64,000 bases of DNA. It comes from Antedon mediterranea (lineage: Eukaryota; Animalia; Echinodermata). The position numbers were made by a program, and so were the translations under genes. The DNA is taken from NCBI RefSeq assembly GCF_964355755.1, contig NC_092671.1:16678001-16742000 (forward strand). The letters are read 5' to 3'. Below the pieces are notes generated by a model that worked only from the letters and a program-made list of their open reading frames with translations, searched no databases and was not told the DNA's origin. Of this stretch, positions 63,772 to 64,000 are shown piece by piece (position 1 is the first letter of the stretch; each line of letters opens with the position of its first letter).

Positions 63772-64000
63772 CTGAAAATAAGACATATAAAACACATCAA
63801 TCAAACATGTATTAATCTTAAATAAAAACAAGTAGCATCATGAAAAAAAAAATAACGATTCAGTTTTGAGGGCTTACCGTAGGGCATGGGTATGTATGAT
63901 AGTTAAAATACTATGTGGACAATGAAAATGAACAAATTAAAGACCCATTTACACAGACGAGCGGTAATGGTAAGTTGGAAACAAAAATATAGAATCTGTG

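Noticed and set aside
63874-64000. Additional receptor exon at a minus-strand GTAAG donor-like site
   Set aside because: The adjacent sequence gives no FN3-like reading frame or convincing acceptor within the window.

Overview
AT-rich, intron-containing animal genomic DNA; gene content and repeats suggest a marine invertebrate deuterostome such as an echinoderm (inference). Hand-splicing on GT-AG boundaries with frame checks gives four genes. Two are tandem secreted type-B carboxylesterases on + (382-4306 and 4856/6305-12074); the second has a duplicated first exon and a BEL/Pao retrotransposon relic in intron 1. The third is a complete 360-aa Wnt3 on + (16696-44825) whose 74-nt first coding exon lies 25 kb upstream of exon 2 and is absent from the ORF track. 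The fourth is the 3' part (11 exons) of a convergent minus-strand FN3/TM/Box1 type-I cytokine-receptor-like gene (gp130/Domeless-like) that runs off the right edge. Non-coding DNA holds several PIF/Harbinger-like and Tc1/mariner-like MITE families, a 240-bp-arm foldback, tRNA-derived SINE-like pieces and four minisatellites. The most unusual signal is a window-wide excess of TA-GGCC-TA, TA-CAG/CTG-TA and TA-CCG/CGG-TA words. They are often chained, and in two places they are demonstrably insertions into repeat copies, consistent with accumulated DNA-transposon excision footprints. No CRISPR array or prokaryotic system was seen.
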